32,000 nt of DNA, from contig NZ_QLIR01000009.1 in the NCBI RefSeq assembly GCF_003428155.1, positions 49,042 to 81,041 of the forward strand. The letters run 5' to 3'. The stretch comes from Fastidiosibacter lacustris (GTDB lineage: Bacteria; Pseudomonadota; Gammaproteobacteria; Francisellales; Francisellaceae). Below the pieces are notes generated by a model. The model had not been told where the DNA came from and did not search any database. It saw nothing but the letters and a program-made list of their open reading frames with translations. Shown here piece by piece: positions 10,355-18,188 of this stretch; positions within the stretch are counted from its first letter, which is position 1, and the number at the start of each line of letters is the position of its first letter. The translations under genes were made by a program, and so were the position numbers.

Positions 10355-10666
10355 CTAGGCATTAATAAGTACTTTACGCTTAACACCCCAGCATCGACTT
10401 AACACGTTATATTTATTTATGCTTTTTTGTTTAAACATCTTCATGAAGTTGTCACGTTTAACACTTTTTTCAGCTATCCCAGACTTAAGCTTAATATTAA
10501 AGCGGTTCGCCCATTTACGAATTGTTCCATGCTTAAAACCCAACATTTTTTCAGCTTCTTGATAGGTCATCCCTTCGACAGCACAACGCTGTAAAACTTC
10601 CTCTGCACTACAGCCATATTTTTGTTGAATAATGTGTTCAAAACTTCCAGTGTATTGATTCGCCAT
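10355..10666 (-). CDS. Small putative helix-turn-helix protein of unknown function
   Basis: 103-aa ORF with GMTYQEAEKMLGFKHGTIRKWANRFNI (HTH-like) and a Lys/Arg-rich C-terminal half. AGAGGAA Shine-Dalgarno-like sequence upstream on the minus strand. Confidence 0.65.
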   Translation of the reverse strand: MANQYTGSFEHIIQQKYGCSAEEVLQRCAVEGMTYQEAEKMLGFKHGTIRKWANRFNIKLKSGIAEKSVKRDNFMKMFKQKSINKYNVLSRCWGVKRKVLINA

Positions 10667-10759
10667 GACATATTCCTCTTTCGTCTAAGTTTATAAATTC
10701 TTAACGTGATGCGCATTCTAAAAATGCAAACTTAAGACAAGCTTAAGATAAACATAGTT

Positions 10760-11035
10760 TTAACTTTCTTCTCCAAAACGATCTTGAATGAGCGTTCGAA
10801 TACTATCTAGTGCTTCTTGTGCATCTTCTCCTTCAGCACTTATTATAATTGATGTACCGCATGATGCTCCTAACATCATCAAGCCCATTATACTCTTACA
10901 ATTTACTTTTACACCTGTTTTAACAACTTCCATATAAACGTCACTGCTGAATCTAAGTGCCAAATTTACAAGTTTAGAAGCAGCACGCGCATGCAAACCA
11001 AGTTGATTAATAATCACTAACTCAACTTCTTTCAT
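10760..11035 (-). CDS. ptsH: HPr-family phosphocarrier protein
   Basis: NQLGLHARAASKLVNLA (His phosphosite) and CKSIMGLMMLGAS (Ser-46-type site). Overlaps the downstream-numbered EIIA gene by 4 bp. Confidence 0.93.
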   Translation of the reverse strand: MKEVELVIINQLGLHARAASKLVNLALRFSSDVYMEVVKTGVKVNCKSIMGLMMLGASCGTSIIISAEGEDAQEALDSIRTLIQDRFGEES

Positions 11036-11433
11036 ATTTTTCTTTTACCTTCTTCAAGTACAATACAAGCTTTAGACGCATCATAAACTCTTTGTGCCAA
11101 ATCATCCAATGCAATCTCTTGCTTATGATAAGTTAAGGCTTTTAATAACATAGGCATATTCAACCCTGTAATAACAGATAAGTTATAAGCACACATGAAA
11201 GATTGTGTTACATTCGTTGGAGTCGCACCAAAAAGATCGGTTAGTACCAAAAAACCATTTGCTTCTGGCATACTCTTAAAAGATTCTTCCACACGCTCCA
11301 ATAATTCAGGTTGATCAAACGAACAAGATGAAACAACCTGCACATATCCTTGTTGAATTTGCACCAAACGTGTTGCAACATCAAGCATCGCCTTACCGAT
11401 ACTGCCGTGGGTAATCAGTACAATACCAATCAT
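11032..11433 (-). CDS. PTS mannose-family EIIA component
   Basis: MIGIVLITHGSIGKAMLDVA (His phosphosite) and LTDLFGATPTN. Confidence 0.92.
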   Translation of the reverse strand: MIGIVLITHGSIGKAMLDVATRLVQIQQGYVQVVSSCSFDQPELLERVEESFKSMPEANGFLVLTDLFGATPTNVTQSFMCAYNLSVITGLNMPMLLKALTYHKQEIALDDLAQRVYDASKACIVLEEGKRKI

Positions 11434-12311
11434 TTGTCTAATTCCCTATGCCAAATAAGTAAGTCTTCAAAACTTGTGCTTAATTTTTTATACAATGCTT
11501 CTGCAACATAAACAGAACGATGCTGTCCTCCTGTGCAACCAATGCCTATATCAATATAGCTTTTACCCTGCTTTTGTTGTAAGCCACACCATTTTGTTAT
11601 AAAGAGACTAATATCTCTAATCATTTCATGTACTAGTGGTTGAGATTCTAGGTATTTGATAACCTCTTGATCCTTTCCTGTCAATAAACGTAACTTCTTA
11701 TTCCAATAAGGATTAATTAAGCTTCTAACATCAAATAGGTAATCTGCCTTTTGTGGCATGCCGTGTTTAAAACCAAATGAAAACAACTTTATTTGTGTAA
11801 TTGGTTCTCCTTGGTTAAGTAGTTTTTTTTGCAACAACTCCCGTAGCTGTTGTTGCGATAAACTCGTTGTATCCAAGGTATAATCAGAAGCGTAAGCATA
11901 CGACTCTAATGCGCTTAACTCTAAATCTATTGCTTTTTCCAGTGTCATCCCTTGCACCGAAAAAGGATGACGGCGACGCGTTTCATCATAACGCTTAATC
12001 AATACATTACGATCTGCCGTAATATACCAGCATGCCAAATTAAAATGATATTTTTTCTTTAAATCATCAACTATAAAAATCTCTGATTCTAAAAATGAAT
12101 GTGGTGCTAATGATATAACAATATTTTTATTATATTGCTCGGTATTAAGAAGATGGAAAAGTGTCTGATCTAATAAAAAATAAGGTAGGTTTTCAATACA
12201 AAAAAAACCCTGATCCTCTAAAATACTTAATACTGTTGATTTACCAGCACCAGAAACGCCAGCTAAAAGCACAACCGACTTAGGTGTACTACTCACGCAA
12301 TTTATAACCAT
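11430..12311 (-). CDS. rapZ: RNase adapter protein RapZ / YvcJ-family P-loop ATPase
   Basis: LLAGVSGAGKSTVLSILEDQGFFCIENLP, FSFGFKHGMPQKADYLFDVRSLINPYW, IGIGCTGGQHRSVYVAE. Confidence 0.96.
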   Translation of the reverse strand: MVINCVSSTPKSVVLLAGVSGAGKSTVLSILEDQGFFCIENLPYFLLDQTLFHLLNTEQYNKNIVISLAPHSFLESEIFIVDDLKKKYHFNLACWYITADRNVLIKRYDETRRRHPFSVQGMTLEKAIDLELSALESYAYASDYTLDTTSLSQQQLRELLQKKLLNQGEPITQIKLFSFGFKHGMPQKADYLFDVRSLINPYWNKKLRLLTGKDQEVIKYLESQPLVHEMIRDISLFITKWCGLQQKQGKSYIDIGIGCTGGQHRSVYVAEALYKKLSTSFEDLLIWHRELDK

Positions 12312-12354
12312 TGTTCTTATTTTTAATCTCGTCAGTTTAGCAAATCTTTTATCT

Positions 12355-12780
12355 CTACCCTAATAAATTTTGCAATTCTTGGTAACACATCTGCCAACTT
12401 TTTTTATATACATCAATATCAATGACATCACACGCCAATAAATTGGCGCGTTTTATGTAGGTCTCTAGTTGCTGCTTTTCATATAAATATACTACATGTG
12501 TGATATATGCTGATGCTTGAGTTTGTTTGACTATACAAAATCCTTTATCATGAATGTGAAGTTTCCCCTGATAAGCCCTATTATATAAAGAACCAAGCCA
12601 GATTGTCTCTATTTTTTCCACTACAACCAAATCGTCTGCTACTAATGAAAAACCATAATTTGTAACCAAATAATGACTAAAACTAGATTTACCGATATTA
12701 GACTCGCCAATAATCAGCAAACCAAGTTTATTCATATTTGCAACTAAATTTGCATGCCAGTACTCAAGTTTTTTGTTCAT
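12355..12780 (-). CDS. hprK: Short HPr kinase/phosphorylase-like protein lacking the usual N-terminal domain
   Basis: LEYWHANLV..LGLLIIGESNIGKSSFSHYLVTNYGFSLVADDLVVVE resembles the HprK P-loop plus VADD region. It sits between rapZ and ptsN, the standard place for hprK. The supplied ORF start is 12843; ATGs at 12780 or 12810 reduce overlap with ptsN. Confidence 0.72.
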   Translation of the reverse strand: MNKKLEYWHANLVANMNKLGLLIIGESNIGKSSFSHYLVTNYGFSLVADDLVVVEKIETIWLGSLYNRAYQGKLHIHDKGFCIVKQTQASAYITHVVYLYEKQQLETYIKRANLLACDVIDIDVYKKSWQMCYQELQNLLG

Positions 12781-13225
12781 CTTTAAAAAATATTTGATAA
12801 AGCTCTTCATTCGAGCTTGCTGCGTGAATACTATCAAGCACACCTGGAGACTTTAAAAATTTAACGAGTTCAGCTATAAATTGAATATGTACATCACTTA
12901 CATTTTTAGGGAAAATCACTGCAATGAAGACACCTACTTTTTGTTCAGCTGTGTCATACTCAATTGATTCGTTTAATGTTAGTACGGCCAAACGGGTTAT
13001 CGTCAAGCCATCAACTCGACAATGCGGAACCACCACACCTTTCCCAATTGCAGTACTGCCAATGCGCTCACGTTCAAACAGTTTTTGATAAAGTAAGTCT
13101 GAACTGATATTTAGTTCTTCATCTTGTAACAATTGGCTTAAAACTTCAAAAATACGTTTTTGGCTTTGTAAACTTGCTTTATTGATTATGCGTGAAGGAG
13201 AAATAAAGGCAGATAAAAAATTCAT
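12764..13225 (-). CDS. ptsN: PTS nitrogen-regulatory EIIA (EIIA-Ntr)
   Basis: GIGKGVVVPHCRVDGLTITRLAVLTL and VSDVHIQFIAELVKFL. Confidence 0.92.
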   Translation of the reverse strand: MNFLSAFISPSRIINKASLQSQKRIFEVLSQLLQDEELNISSDLLYQKLFERERIGSTAIGKGVVVPHCRVDGLTITRLAVLTLNESIEYDTAEQKVGVFIAVIFPKNVSDVHIQFIAELVKFLKSPGVLDSIHAASSNEELYQIFFKDEQKT

Positions 13226-13264
13226 ATATTTTGAGTTTATTTATTATAAAGAGTCAGTATTCTA

Positions 13265-13621
13265 TCAGCGTTCTTCATCAACATCTACTGCTTCGTTAGA
13301 CTCTATTAAAGCTTCAGCTTCTGGACGCTCAGCACGATGCTCTTTTAATTTTTGCTTATGCTTTCTGACTTGTGCATCTAGTTTATCTTGTAACATATCA
13401 ACAGTTGCATACATATCCTGTGAATCCGACTTCGCCACAAACTCATTCCCTGGCACATTAATTACAGCTTCTGCCATCTGCTTACCTTTCTCAACTGAAA
13501 GAATCACTCTTACTGCAATAATATTATCAAAATGATTATTTAGCTTACTTAGCTTGTCCTCTACATATCGTTTTAAAGATGGGGTAATTTCTAAATGACG
13601 ACCAGTAATTTGAATTTGCAT
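13265..13621 (-). CDS. hpf: Ribosome hibernation promoting factor, short form
   Basis: MQIQITGRHLEITPSLKRYVEDKLSKLNNHFDNI. ATG at 13621 preferred over the supplied ORF start at 13636. Adjacent to ptsN, as is common. Confidence 0.92.
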   Translation of the reverse strand: MQIQITGRHLEITPSLKRYVEDKLSKLNNHFDNIIAVRVILSVEKGKQMAEAVINVPGNEFVAKSDSQDMYATVDMLQDKLDAQVRKHKQKLKEHRAERPEAEALIESNEAVDVDEER

Positions 13622-13786
13622 AGTGCAGTCCTCCATTATGTAGCCACTTTCTCGTGGGGTTGTAAAATTCTAGTACTTAAAAGATAGCCCTTATTTGCGA
13701 TAATTACCAGCAAGTTCAGCACAAAATTACTGATTATTTCTTTAGTGGCATTCCTTTATTTTTTTGAACATCAAGATCCTTTATTT

Positions 13787-14134
13787 TTACTCCTTATTTT
13801 GATTTATTCTAAAATAATCATCACCTTGTTGTGCTACTTCTTTAGTGTTTTCCCAACATTCAGCAGTAACATCTTTTACTTTCTGCCAAGTTTTTTGTGT
13901 ATACTCTCCTGTTTGATTTAGGACATCCTTTGTGACTTGCTTCCCTGAATGAACTACATCCAAAACATCCTGTTTAAACAATTCCCAATTGCTATTAAAC
14001 TCACAATGACTTGTTTGCGCAGAACAACTGTGTACAACTTTTGTTTCTTGCTGTTGTTTATCTTTTTTATCATTAGTAAAACCAATATTGGATAACAACA
14101 CACTAGCCCACAAAAGAACAATTATTTTTTTCAT
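13787..14134 (-). CDS. Small putative exported protein of unknown function
   Basis: MKKIIVLLWASVLLSNIGFTNDKK looks like an N-terminal signal peptide, followed by a charged, Gln/Thr-rich mature region. NOTE: strand inferred from sequence as minus, as listed in the ORF track. Confidence 0.6.
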   Translation of the reverse strand: MKKIIVLLWASVLLSNIGFTNDKKDKQQQETKVVHSCSAQTSHCEFNSNWELFKQDVLDVVHSGKQVTKDVLNQTGEYTQKTWQKVKDVTAECWENTKEVAQQGDDYFRINQNKE

Positions 14135-14360
14135 AATTCACACATATTGTATTTTAAGGAAACCAAAATAAATAAACTCGTTGCCTATACTAACGAAAAA
14201 TCTTTTATACAGCAATAATCTCTCTACCGACAACACAAGATGTTTAATGTGGAAATATTGATAAATGTGCAAACGATATACTCCACTTTAAACAATATTG
14301 ATCACTCTGAAACCACTCTTGATTTTTTTCTTTATTTTCCATTTTATTCCTATTTTGTCG

Positions 14361-14389
14361 TTGACAGCAAGTCAACAAAGCTCTATTAT
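14361..14389 (+). promoter_or_regulatory. Predicted sigma-70 promoter for the tRNA pair: TTGACA - 17 bp - TATTAT
   Basis: -35 TTGACA at 14361-14366, 17-bp spacer, -10 TATTAT at 14384-14389. The tRNA begins at 14425. Confidence 0.8.
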
Positions 14390-14424
14390 TCACTTCGTTT
14401 TCAAGGTCCTTGAAAACACTCTAC

Positions 14425-14501
14425 GCACCCGTAGCTCAGTTGGATAGAGTACCTGGCTACGAACCAGGCGGTCGGAGGTTCGAATCCTTCCGGGTGCGCC
14501 A
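14425..14501 (+). tRNA. tRNA-Arg (anticodon ACG at 14459-14461)
   Basis: Acceptor stem GCACCCG/CGGGTGC, anticodon arm CTGG-CTACGAA-CCAG, T-arm GGAGGTTCGAATCCTTC, encoded CCA. Confidence 0.96.
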
Positions 14502-14508
14502 TTTTCAA

Positions 14509-14583
14509 GCGGGAATAGCTCAGTGGTAGAGCACAACCTTGCCAAGGTTGGGGTCGCGAGTTCGAACCTCGTTTCCCGCTCCA
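14509..14583 (+). tRNA. tRNA-Gly (anticodon GCC at 14541-14543)
   Basis: Acceptor stem GCGGGAA/TTCCCGC, anticodon arm CAACC-TTGCCAA-GGTTG, T-arm GCGAGTTCGAACCTCGT, encoded CCA. Confidence 0.96.
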
Positions 14584-14840
14584 TTTTTAACATAATTCAA
14601 AAAATATACCTATCTATACAGCTCACTACTGATAGTGGGAAGTTTAAAAACTGGGATATCAAACAGAAGCTTAGACATGAATGTTTTATGACAAAAACCA
14701 CTGAGAACTTCTTTGTAAAGAATACCTCTAAAAATCATTCTCAATAAGCATTTTTAATTTCTGCCTACCTATAAGGCTTTTATAGACATATCATACAATC
14801 TATACTTTAATTGATAAAAACAATCAATAAAGTGTCACAT

Positions 14841-16202
14841 ATGAAAATAAAGTTCTTAGGAGCAGCCAAAACCGTAACAGGATCTAAATACTTAGTAACA
14901 GTTGATACTAATCGCTATTTGATCGACTGTGGATTATTTCAAGGTAACCATGATCTACGAAGAAGAAACTGGAATCCTTTACCAGTAAATCCTAAAGAAA
15001 TTGATAGTGTTTTATTAACTCATGCTCATATTGATCACTCGGGATATTTGCCATTGTTGGTCAAAAATGGCTTTAAAGGAAAAATATATGCAACAGAAGC
15101 AAGCTACGAGCTGTGCAAAATTTTATTGCCTGATAGTGCACATTTACAAGAAGAAGAAGCTACTTTTGCTAATAAATATCACTTATCAAAACATTCTCCA
15201 GCCTTACCTCTTTACAACGTTGTAGAAGCATATAAGACACTTAACCATTTTAAAGTGATACCGTTTGCACAGGATATTGTCTTAAACAAACATGTACACG
15301 TTACTTGGCATCCTGCTGGTCATATTTTAGGTGCAGCATTTCTAGAGTTACGACTGCATGGTCAAAGAATTATATTTAGTGGTGATTTAGGACGTGATAA
15401 TGATCCTATAATGTACCCACCAAAATTACCACCAAATAATATTGACTATCTTATTATTGAATCAACTTATGGTAATCGTGAGCATAAAAAAATTGATCCT
15501 CAAACAGAATTAAGCAAGATTATTAATGATACTATAGCTAATGAAGGTGTAATCGTGATTCCTGCTTTTGCAGTTGGGCGAATACAAAGCGTGCTCTATT
15601 ATTTGTATATGTTAAAAAACAGTAAACAAATCCCTGATATACCTATTTACCTTGATAGCCCAATGGGTATTTACTCTACCAATCTTTTGTGTCACTTTAC
15701 ACATGAACATAGATTAAGCCCTGATATATGCCAAAATATTGCTAATATGGTTATCTACACACCAACCCCGGATGAATCAAAGGAAATAAATCGCAGTAAA
15801 GGGTCTAAAATCATTATTTCAGCTGGCGGAATGGTCAACGGAGGTCGAGTATTACATCATATAAAATACTATGCCCCCGATGCTAAAAATGCCATTTTAC
15901 TAACCGGTTTCCAAGCTCCTGGTACACGTGGACAAATCATTGAATCTGGTCATGGTAACACTAAAATTTTTAACGAAGTTATCCCAGTACGTGCTAAAAT
16001 TCACAGTATTTCTAACATGTCTGCACACGTCGATTATATAGAAATGTTGCACTGGTTGAGTCACACTAATCAGGCACCTAAAAAGACTTTCATCACACAT
16101 GGTGAAAGTTTTGCAGCAGAAGCACTTAAACGAACAATTGAATCCAAACTTAACTGGAACTGTATCATTCCTGATTACTTAGATGAATATGAAATAAAGT
16201 AA
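14841..16202 (+). CDS. MBL-fold, beta-CASP family RNA/metallo-hydrolase
   Basis: HAHIDHSGYLPLL, HPAGHILGAAFLEL, SGDLGRDNDP, ISAGGMVNGGRVLHHIKYYAPDAKNAILLTGFQAPGTRG. ATG at 14841 (MKIKFLGAAKTVTGSKY) preferred over 14811. Confidence 0.93.
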   Translation: MKIKFLGAAKTVTGSKYLVTVDTNRYLIDCGLFQGNHDLRRRNWNPLPVNPKEIDSVLLTHAHIDHSGYLPLLVKNGFKGKIYATEASYELCKILLPDSAHLQEEEATFANKYHLSKHSPALPLYNVVEAYKTLNHFKVIPFAQDIVLNKHVHVTWHPAGHILGAAFLELRLHGQRIIFSGDLGRDNDPIMYPPKLPPNNIDYLIIESTYGNREHKKIDPQTELSKIINDTIANEGVIVIPAFAVGRIQSVLYYLYMLKNSKQIPDIPIYLDSPMGIYSTNLLCHFTHEHRLSPDICQNIANMVIYTPTPDESKEINRSKGSKIIISAGGMVNGGRVLHHIKYYAPDAKNAILLTGFQAPGTRGQIIESGHGNTKIFNEVIPVRAKIHSISNMSAHVDYIEMLHWLSHTNQAPKKTFITHGESFAAEALKRTIESKLNWNCIIPDYLDEYEIK

Positions 16203-16324
16203 TATCCACATACTAATGCTCGATTCCTTACATCACTCCTAATAAAACTAGTTAAATAACAATCAAAAGACATATCAATTACTATATTTGATTATCGATC
16301 ATGACGCATTTAAGGAATGAAACA

Positions 16325-17209
16325 CTAACACCTTATTTTTCCGCACCAAAACCGAATAAGTGGTTCAATCGTAATTGACAGCAAAATAAGTACACACGCC
16401 AATATCATATTCAAAGTAATATGATCATTCATAATAATCACCCCTAAGATACTGCCAAACAATGGAACAAGATAGTTTGACAAAGAACAAAAACCTACAC
16501 CTGCTCGCTTGATTAGACTAACATACAACACATAAACAATCCCAGAACAAAAAATACCTAACAACAATGAAGCAATAAATGGGTAAAATGAAAAACTCAA
16601 TTGATTAAGGGAACCATTGCCTAAGTTGATCGCAAACATGATTATCGTGCCGATAAAAAACGCATCTCTTGAAAGTAAAAAGGAATCTTCATGTGACAGA
16701 CTCCTAATGATGATAAGTGCACTAGCAAAAGATAAAGCACCCACTAAAATTGCAAGCTCAGGCAATATTGCTAAAGACATACCATATTTGATTAAATCCG
16801 GAATAAATAATACTATAAGACCTATAAACCCAACCATCATGGCTATGAATTTAGTCGCCGTTGCACGCTCGATTCCTGTGAGGAGGATCAAGATAATCGT
16901 AAAAAATGGAATTGTTCCCATTAAAATAGACGCCATACTTCCAGAAACAAACTGTTGTCCCCACATTACTAAGGTAAAAGGAATAACGATTTCCAGCACA
17001 CCAATCACAATCACCTTAAGCCAAACTATCATGGATCGAGTATGACGTTTTCGTTTTGTCAGCACACAAAAAACAATTAAAAATAAGGCAGCATAGAGTG
17101 TTCTAAACAATGCCAACTGTTCGGGAGTATAAATTGATAAAGAAAAATCAATTAGTACAAATTGTGCCCCCCAAATTAACCCAATAAAGAATAAGAGTAG
17201 ATAATTCAT
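16325..17209 (-). CDS. EamA/DMT-family membrane transporter
   Basis: About 10 TM helices with two EamA-like halves, e.g. IWGAQFVLIDFSLSIYTPEQLALFRTLYAALFL. Confidence 0.87.
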   Translation of the reverse strand: MNYLLLFFIGLIWGAQFVLIDFSLSIYTPEQLALFRTLYAALFLIVFCVLTKRKRHTRSMIVWLKVIVIGVLEIVIPFTLVMWGQQFVSGSMASILMGTIPFFTIILILLTGIERATATKFIAMMVGFIGLIVLFIPDLIKYGMSLAILPELAILVGALSFASALIIIRSLSHEDSFLLSRDAFFIGTIIMFAINLGNGSLNQLSFSFYPFIASLLLGIFCSGIVYVLYVSLIKRAGVGFCSLSNYLVPLFGSILGVIIMNDHITLNMILACVLILLSITIEPLIRFWCGKIRC

Positions 17210-17230
17210 AATTTTTAAAAGCTTTGACGA

Positions 17231-17710
17231 TTAGCGGTACTCAACAGCAAGGATTTCGTACTCAACCATGCCAGCTGGAGTTGTCACGTTTGCCTCATCA
17301 CCTTCTACCTTACCAATAAGTGCCCTGGCAAGTGGCGAACTAAAGGAAATTTTATTTTGTCTGATGTCTGCTTCGTCTTCGCCAACAATTTGATAAGTGG
17401 TTTCTACATCATTTTCAAGATTTAATAAGGTTACCGTAGCACCAAATATCACTTTACCTGTATTATTCATCTTCAAAACATCAATCACTTGGGCATTACT
17501 GAGCTTAGCTTCTAATTCTTGAATTCGCCCCTCAATAAAGCTTTGTTGTTCCCGTGCAGCATGGTACTCGGCATTTTCTTTCAAATCACCATGCTCACGT
17601 GCCTCAGCAATTGCTGCAATTACATTTGGCCTTTGCACACCTTTTAAATTTTGTAGTTCAAGTTTCAAAGCGGCTTCGCCATTTACTGTCATTGGAATTC
17701 TTTTAGACAT
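17231..17710 (-). CDS. greA: Transcription elongation factor GreA
   Basis: [62 protein letters not shown]. Confidence 0.97.
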   Translation of the reverse strand: MSKRIPMTVNGEAALKLELQNLKGVQRPNVIAAIAEAREHGDLKENAEYHAAREQQSFIEGRIQELEAKLSNAQVIDVLKMNNTGKVIFGATVTLLNLENDVETTYQIVGEDEADIRQNKISFSSPLARALIGKVEGDEANVTTPAGMVEYEILAVEYR

Positions 17711-17884
17711 TACGCTTCCTTATACTTAATTTTAATTGTCATAACGCTACTTAATATCTATCACAACCTATTTTTAAACTTTCTCATCTTGCCAGTATAC
17801 ACTTTACACTTCCATGACCACAAAAGTTGGTCGTTATTGCAAATGAAAGCGGACTTTCATAGGGAGTGGTTTGCAAATGGTATA

Positions 17885-17901
17885 TTACGAAAAGCAAAAT
17901 A
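17885..17901 (+). repeat. 17-bp direct repeat, copy 1 (TTACGAAAAGCAAAATA)
   Basis: Identical to 18089-18105. Confidence 0.9.
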
Positions 17902-18088
17902 AAAACGCCCAATGTAAAACATCAGGCATTTATATTACTAGACCAACGATTATACCTAAGCTATGCTTTTTTGCAATTTTCTTTGCCTAGATACAACAAT
18001 TCTAATTTTGAATATATAAATATCTCGTATCTCATTTAGCTATGCATAACTTATTAGACAGACTTAAACATGATTCGTAAGAGATCTG

Positions 18089-18105
18089 TTACGAAAAGCA
18101 AAATA
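18089..18105 (+). repeat. 17-bp direct repeat, copy 2 (TTACGAAAAGCAAAATA)
   Basis: Identical to 17885-17901. Its 5' end also forms the right arm of a TTCGTAA/TTACGAA dyad. Confidence 0.9.
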
Positions 18106-18188
18106 GTCATAAATATTATTAAGTAACATTGTCACTACCTATACTTTCACTTAAAATAGCGCCAACCATACCCTTTTGGGAAGAGTAT

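Noticed and set aside
13182-13535. 117-aa Ser-rich plus-strand ORF antisense to hpf
   Set aside because: It covers hpf on the opposite strand, and its composition is typical of a shadow ORF.
14361-14583. The tRNA pair as an integration hotspot with a mobile element alongside
   Set aside because: No integrase, direct att-like repeat of a tRNA 3' end, or foreign gene block is visible on either side.
14390-14593. 67-aa minus-strand [59 protein letters not shown]...
   Set aside because: It is the antisense translation of the two tRNA genes, a common false annotation, not a protein.
14523-14747. 74-aa plus-strand [23 protein letters not shown]...
   Set aside because: It starts inside tRNA-Gly and shows the usual translated-tRNA pattern. 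No family features follow.
15900-16100. 66-aa minus-strand ORF inside the beta-CASP gene
   Set aside because: Antisense to a well-supported gene with no domain signal.
16617-17045. 142-aa plus-strand ORF inside the EamA transporter gene
   Set aside because: Antisense shadow of a membrane-protein gene; no start signal or family features.
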